Below, in pieces: positions 59,946 through 64,000 of a stretch of 64,000 bases of DNA. A program made the position numbers and the translations under genes. This DNA comes from an uncultured delta proteobacterium (GTDB lineage: Bacteria; Desulfobacterota; Desulfobacteria; Desulfobacterales; B30-G6): positions 320,001 through 384,000 of the forward strand of contig CAWGLD010000004.1 of assembly GCA_963823335.1 (NCBI GenBank), written 5' to 3'. The notes beneath the pieces are model-generated. The model saw only the letters and a list, made by a program, of their open reading frames with translations. It did not search any database and was not told where the DNA came from. The first letter of the stretch is position 1. Every line of letters starts with the position of its first letter.

Positions 59946-61820
59946 ATGATGAACTCATATTGGGCGGACGGCTATGTTGACAAAAAATGTGATGCCAAAA
60001 CAGCCATGCTGCGCATTCGCCCCGGACAAAGGGTGTTTATCGGTTCTTCATGCGGGGAGCCTCAGCATCTGGTAAAAGCCCTTGCTGAAACCGCCAATCG
60101 GTATACCGATATTGAAATTGTACGCCTCATGGCTCTTGAAAGTACACCCCTGACCCTCATCGCCGACAAAACAGGCAGCCAGAATCTCACGATTAGAACC
60201 TTTTATCTAGGGTCGGCCAAAGCCAAACATCTGTCAAAAAACCAGCGTTTCATCACACCTGTCAATCTCTCGGCAATACCCCGTCTTTTCAGAAGCCGGC
60301 ATCTTCCCATTCATGTGGCACTGATCCAGGTGTCACCGCCCGATGACTTTGGTTGGATGAGCCTGGGGGTATCGGTGGATATAACCCTGGCGGCAGCGCA
60401 GTCAGCCGACATGGTCATCGCCCAGGTCAATACCAACATGCCGAGAGTGCTGGGCCAGAGTTTTGTACATGTGAATGATGTCGATCACATTGTCGAACAC
60501 GATGAACCTCTGTTGACCATTGGTCAAATGCCGGAATCAGATTCCGCCGACAATATCGGCAGACTGATTGCCAGGCTCATCGACGATGCATCGACGCTGC
60601 AACTGGGCCCGGGTATCACCCGCAAGGCAACCCTTCTAGCTCTTTCGGATAAAAACGATCTGGGCGTCCACTCACAATATCTGACGGAAGATATGATGCA
60701 TCTGGTTTCAAAAGGTGTCATAACCAATCGCAAAAAGGGTTTCAATGACGGCAAGATCGTGGCCAGCGCCGCCATCGGCTCTGAAAACCTGTATGAATTC
60801 ATCAATGACAACCCTGCCATCGAATTTCACCCCTCAAATTATGTCAGCAATCCAAGTATCATCAGCCGCAACCACAAAATGGTTTCCATCAACGTTGTCA
60901 TGGCCATGGATCTGACCGGCCAGGTGGCTGCGGACGCACTGCCACACAATCATTTCTCAGGTGTCAGCGGTATGCCGGATTTCATACGGGGAGCGGCCCA
61001 GGTACCTGACGGCAAGTCCTTTTTGTTACTGACATCCACCACCGAGCAGGGCAAAAAAAGCCGTATCGTGCCCATGCTGTCCGACACGGCCGTTGTGGTC
61101 CCAAGGGCCGATGTCCAGTATGTGGCAACCGAATACGGTGTCGTGAATCTTTTCGGCAAGAGTTTTCAGGAAAGAGCCACCGCCATGATCAGTATTGCGC
61201 ACCCGGACTTCAGGGACGAACTGTTCCATCAGGCCAAAGATTTAGGCCTGATCGGTACGGAACGAAACCTGAAAGAATCCATTTACGGTGTCTATCCCAG
61301 GGAACTCGAAGAAACCATCCTTCTGGACAACACAAGCGTCACCATCCGGCCGGCAAAACCTGTGGACGAACGACGGATACAAGAGCATTTCTACAATCTC
61401 AACAAGGATGATGTCGTTGCCAGGTTTTTTCACGAAAAAACCTCTTTTGTACGTGCCGAAGTCTCAGATGTCTCCCAGGTGGACTACATCAAAGACCTGA
61501 CCATTGTCGCCGTCATCGGAGAATTCGGTTTTGGTGAAGTGGTGGGAGTGGGTGAATACCTGCTCGATCCCTCCAACAATATGGCGGAGGTGGCATTTTC
61601 CGTCAGTCAAAATTTTAAAAAGAAAGGCCTTGGGAAAATCCTTATTCGAAAACTGTGCGAAACAGCCCGGATAAATGGCATTTCAGGTTTTTTTGCCTAC
61701 ACATCACCTGAAAACAGGGGCATGATCAATCTTTTCAAGACCTTGCCCTATAAGACAACCAAAAAGTTCGAAGACGACCTGGTGCTGCTGCGCTGCAATT
61801 TTACCGATCCGGAACAATAA
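59946..61820 (+). CDS. Acetyl-CoA hydrolase/transferase-family domain fused to a GNAT acetyltransferase
   Basis: QVSPPD, SLGVSVD and ATEYG...IAHPDFR motifs; C-terminal AEVAFSV...KKGLG. Confidence 0.9.
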   Translation: MMNSYWADGYVDKKCDAKTAMLRIRPGQRVFIGSSCGEPQHLVKALAETANRYTDIEIVRLMALESTPLTLIADKTGSQNLTIRTFYLGSAKAKHLSKNQRFITPVNLSAIPRLFRSRHLPIHVALIQVSPPDDFGWMSLGVSVDITLAAAQSADMVIAQVNTNMPRVLGQSFVHVNDVDHIVEHDEPLLTIGQMPESDSADNIGRLIARLIDDASTLQLGPGITRKATLLALSDKNDLGVHSQYLTEDMMHLVSKGVITNRKKGFNDGKIVASAAIGSENLYEFINDNPAIEFHPSNYVSNPSIISRNHKMVSINVVMAMDLTGQVAADALPHNHFSGVSGMPDFIRGAAQVPDGKSFLLLTSTTEQGKKSRIVPMLSDTAVVVPRADVQYVATEYGVVNLFGKSFQERATAMISIAHPDFRDELFHQAKDLGLIGTERNLKESIYGVYPRELEETILLDNTSVTIRPAKPVDERRIQEHFYNLNKDDVVARFFHEKTSFVRAEVSDVSQVDYIKDLTIVAVIGEFGFGEVVGVGEYLLDPSNNMAEVAFSVSQNFKKKGLGKILIRKLCETARINGISGFFAYTSPENRGMINLFKTLPYKTTKKFEDDLVLLRCNFTDPEQ

Positions 61821-61824
61821 AAGG

Positions 61825-61907
61825 ATCATTTAGCCTTCGGCTGTAATTTGCCTTTCAGGCGTCATTTGCACTTCGTGCGATATTTGCCCTTCGGACGTCA
61901 TTAATTG
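61825..61907 (+). repeat. 18-nt-period mini-hairpin tandem array (second locus)
   Basis: Four units homologous to those at 48981..49100. Confidence 0.8.
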
Positions 61908-61991
61908 CTGCTCATTGCTGATAGCTCTTAGCTCGTGGCTCAACCTAAAACGTAACACTTAAAACCTATAACCGCTTTTGAAAGAAAAAAA

Positions 61992-63953
61992 ATGACAACC
62001 CATAAAATCTCATTCCAGCCCCACAACATCACCATCGACATTCCCCAAGACGAGACCATCCTCAGAGGGGCCCTGGAAGCCGGAGTTCACATCAACGCTT
62101 CCTGCGGCGGAGAGGGTGTCTGCGGAAAATGTCGTGTTATTATTGAAAACGGCACCGTGACCGGTGGCATCAGCGAAAGATTGAGCCGGGAGGACATCGA
62201 GAAAGGCTACCGGATCGCCTGTCAAAGTGTGGTCGAAAGTGATCTCACCGTTCGTATACCCGTGGAATCCTCTGTCGATGCCAGTGTATTGAATGCGCGC
62301 ATAACACCCCGGCAAACGGCAAAAATCAAGCAGACAGACCTCAACGGTCTGAAAGAGCAGGGTCTGTTCGTGCCGCCGGTCGAAAAAAAATACATCGAAC
62401 TGCCGGAACCGTCAGCAGATGACCGCCTCCCCGATGTGACGAGACTGGTCAGTTTTCTCAAATTGAACCAGGGCGAAGAACGCCTGGCAGTCAGTTTGCC
62501 TGTTATCCGTAAGATACCGGACATACTGCGAGAGTGCGATTTTAAGGTGACCGCAACCCTCGAAAGACCGGTCCAAAAAGGCCGGAAAACCCACATTATC
62601 AATGTGCAGCCAGGGGATGCGTCCAAAACCAACTACGCCATCGCCATCGACATTGGCACCACAACCGTCTACGGCCAGCTCATCGACCTCATCTCCGGTG
62701 AAATCATTGCTGAAACCGGCGATTTCAATGGCCAGATCAGCTATGGCGAGGATGTCATCAGCCGTATCGTATTTGCCGAAAAACCGGAAGGTCTCGAAAA
62801 ACTGCATGTCGTCATTGTTAAAACAATCAACGGCATCATTCATAAACTCGTCAAGCAAAGCGGGTGTGCCGTCGACAATATTTCGAGCATCACCCTGGCG
62901 GGCAACACCACCATGACCCAGCTTTTTTTAAAAATCAATCCCAGGTACATCCGGCGATCTCCTTATGTGCCCGCCGCAACCCTCTACCCGCCCATCAAGG
63001 CGCTGGATATTGGGATCGAATTGAACGAGCATGCCAGCGCACTGGTCTATCCAGCTGTATCGAGCTATGTCGGCGGTGATATTGTCGCCGGTGTCATGGG
63101 CTCCGGCATGTATCTCACAGACAAGTTGACGCTCTTTCTGGATATCGGCACCAATGCTGAAATCGTCATCGGCAACCACGAATGGTTCGCCTGTGCAGCC
63201 TGTTCTGCCGGGCCGGCATTTGAAGGTGGTGGTATCGAATTTGGCATGCGCGCCACCAAAGGCGCCATCGAGGATTTTTCCATCGACCCGGATACCCTCG
63301 AACCCATGAACATCTGCATCGGCAACGTCAGACCCAAAGGCATCTGCGGTTCCGGTCTGATTATCATGGTGGCAACGATGTTCGAGTACGGAATTATCAA
63401 CAATCTCGGTAAATTCGATCGCGATCTGGACACGCCGCGAATACGTGAAAAAGAGGGTATCTATGAATATGTCTTGGCCTGGAAAGACGACACACAGATC
63501 GATCGTGATATCGTTTTGACGGAAATCGATATCGAAAATCTCATCAGGGCCAAAGGTGCTATCTACAGCGGTTGTGTGACTCTGCTCGAAGAAGTCGGCA
63601 TGTCCATTCAGGACCTGGAGCAGATCATCCTGGCAGGGGGGTTCGGCAGTTATGTGGACCTGGAAAAAGCCATGATCATCGGTCTGCTTCCCGAAGTGGA
63701 TCCCGGGAAAGTTACCTTTATCGGCAATGGATCCCTGATGGGTGCCAAGATGAGTGCCCTCAGCAATCACATTCGCAGAAACGTGGCGGAGGTTACCAAA
63801 AAAATGACCAACTTCGAGTTGTCTGAAACAGCCTCTTACATGGACAACTATGTTGCCGCACTTTTTTTACCCCACACCAATCTGGAACGTTTTCCCAAGC
63901 TCCAGGCACGTATGGCCCAGCGTAAGAAAATGAAGGGTTCGAAGGGTAAGTAG
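61992..63953 (+). CDS. [2Fe-2S]/ASKHA-domain corrinoid reductive activator (RACo/AcsV-like)
   Basis: CGGEGVCGKC, DIGTTT, GEDVISR, DIGTNAE, AGPAFEG and GICGSG motifs. Confidence 0.92.
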   Translation: MTTHKISFQPHNITIDIPQDETILRGALEAGVHINASCGGEGVCGKCRVIIENGTVTGGISERLSREDIEKGYRIACQSVVESDLTVRIPVESSVDASVLNARITPRQTAKIKQTDLNGLKEQGLFVPPVEKKYIELPEPSADDRLPDVTRLVSFLKLNQGEERLAVSLPVIRKIPDILRECDFKVTATLERPVQKGRKTHIINVQPGDASKTNYAIAIDIGTTTVYGQLIDLISGEIIAETGDFNGQISYGEDVISRIVFAEKPEGLEKLHVVIVKTINGIIHKLVKQSGCAVDNISSITLAGNTTMTQLFLKINPRYIRRSPYVPAATLYPPIKALDIGIELNEHASALVYPAVSSYVGGDIVAGVMGSGMYLTDKLTLFLDIGTNAEIVIGNHEWFACAACSAGPAFEGGGIEFGMRATKGAIEDFSIDPDTLEPMNICIGNVRPKGICGSGLIIMVATMFEYGIINNLGKFDRDLDTPRIREKEGIYEYVLAWKDDTQIDRDIVLTEIDIENLIRAKGAIYSGCVTLLEEVGMSIQDLEQIILAGGFGSYVDLEKAMIIGLLPEVDPGKVTFIGNGSLMGAKMSALSNHIRRNVAEVTKKMTNFELSETASYMDNYVAALFLPHTNLERFPKLQARMAQRKKMKGSKGK

Positions 63954-64000
63954 ATTCCAGGGGTTGCGCAAGATCTTTAAATGTCACACGCGTCAGCGGT

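Overview
Bacterial chromosomal DNA of about 50% GC. Gene content (Orp cluster, RACo-type corrinoid activator, AhbB, bacterioferritin, several sigma54 activators) suggests an anaerobic Desulfobacterota, probably Desulfobacterales; this is inference. The window holds about 55 mostly housekeeping or metabolic CDSs, including gltA, upp, priA, polA, queF, dusB, ppdK, pldA, mtnA, bfr, a TAXI-TRAP transporter, amrS, tsaA, recD2, an orange-protein (Orp) locus and an ASKHA/RACo gene. I found no rRNA, tRNA, CRISPR array, integrase or transposase. Main points of interest: (1) an exported DUF1573 protein split by an in-frame TGA exactly at the first Cys of its CGC motif, a candidate selenoprotein; (2) a four-helix-bundle (23S-IVP/Avd-like) gene enclosed by inverted hexamer arrays, with many apparently empty inverted short-tandem-repeat pairs in other spacers; (3) a 148-bp hairpin MITE family showing covariation, inserted at stop codons; (4) 18-nt UUCG-hairpin mini-arrays whose unit order differs between loci; (5) IS200/IS605-like palindromic elements; (6) unannotated small proteins. 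All calls come from reading the sequence; no searches were run.
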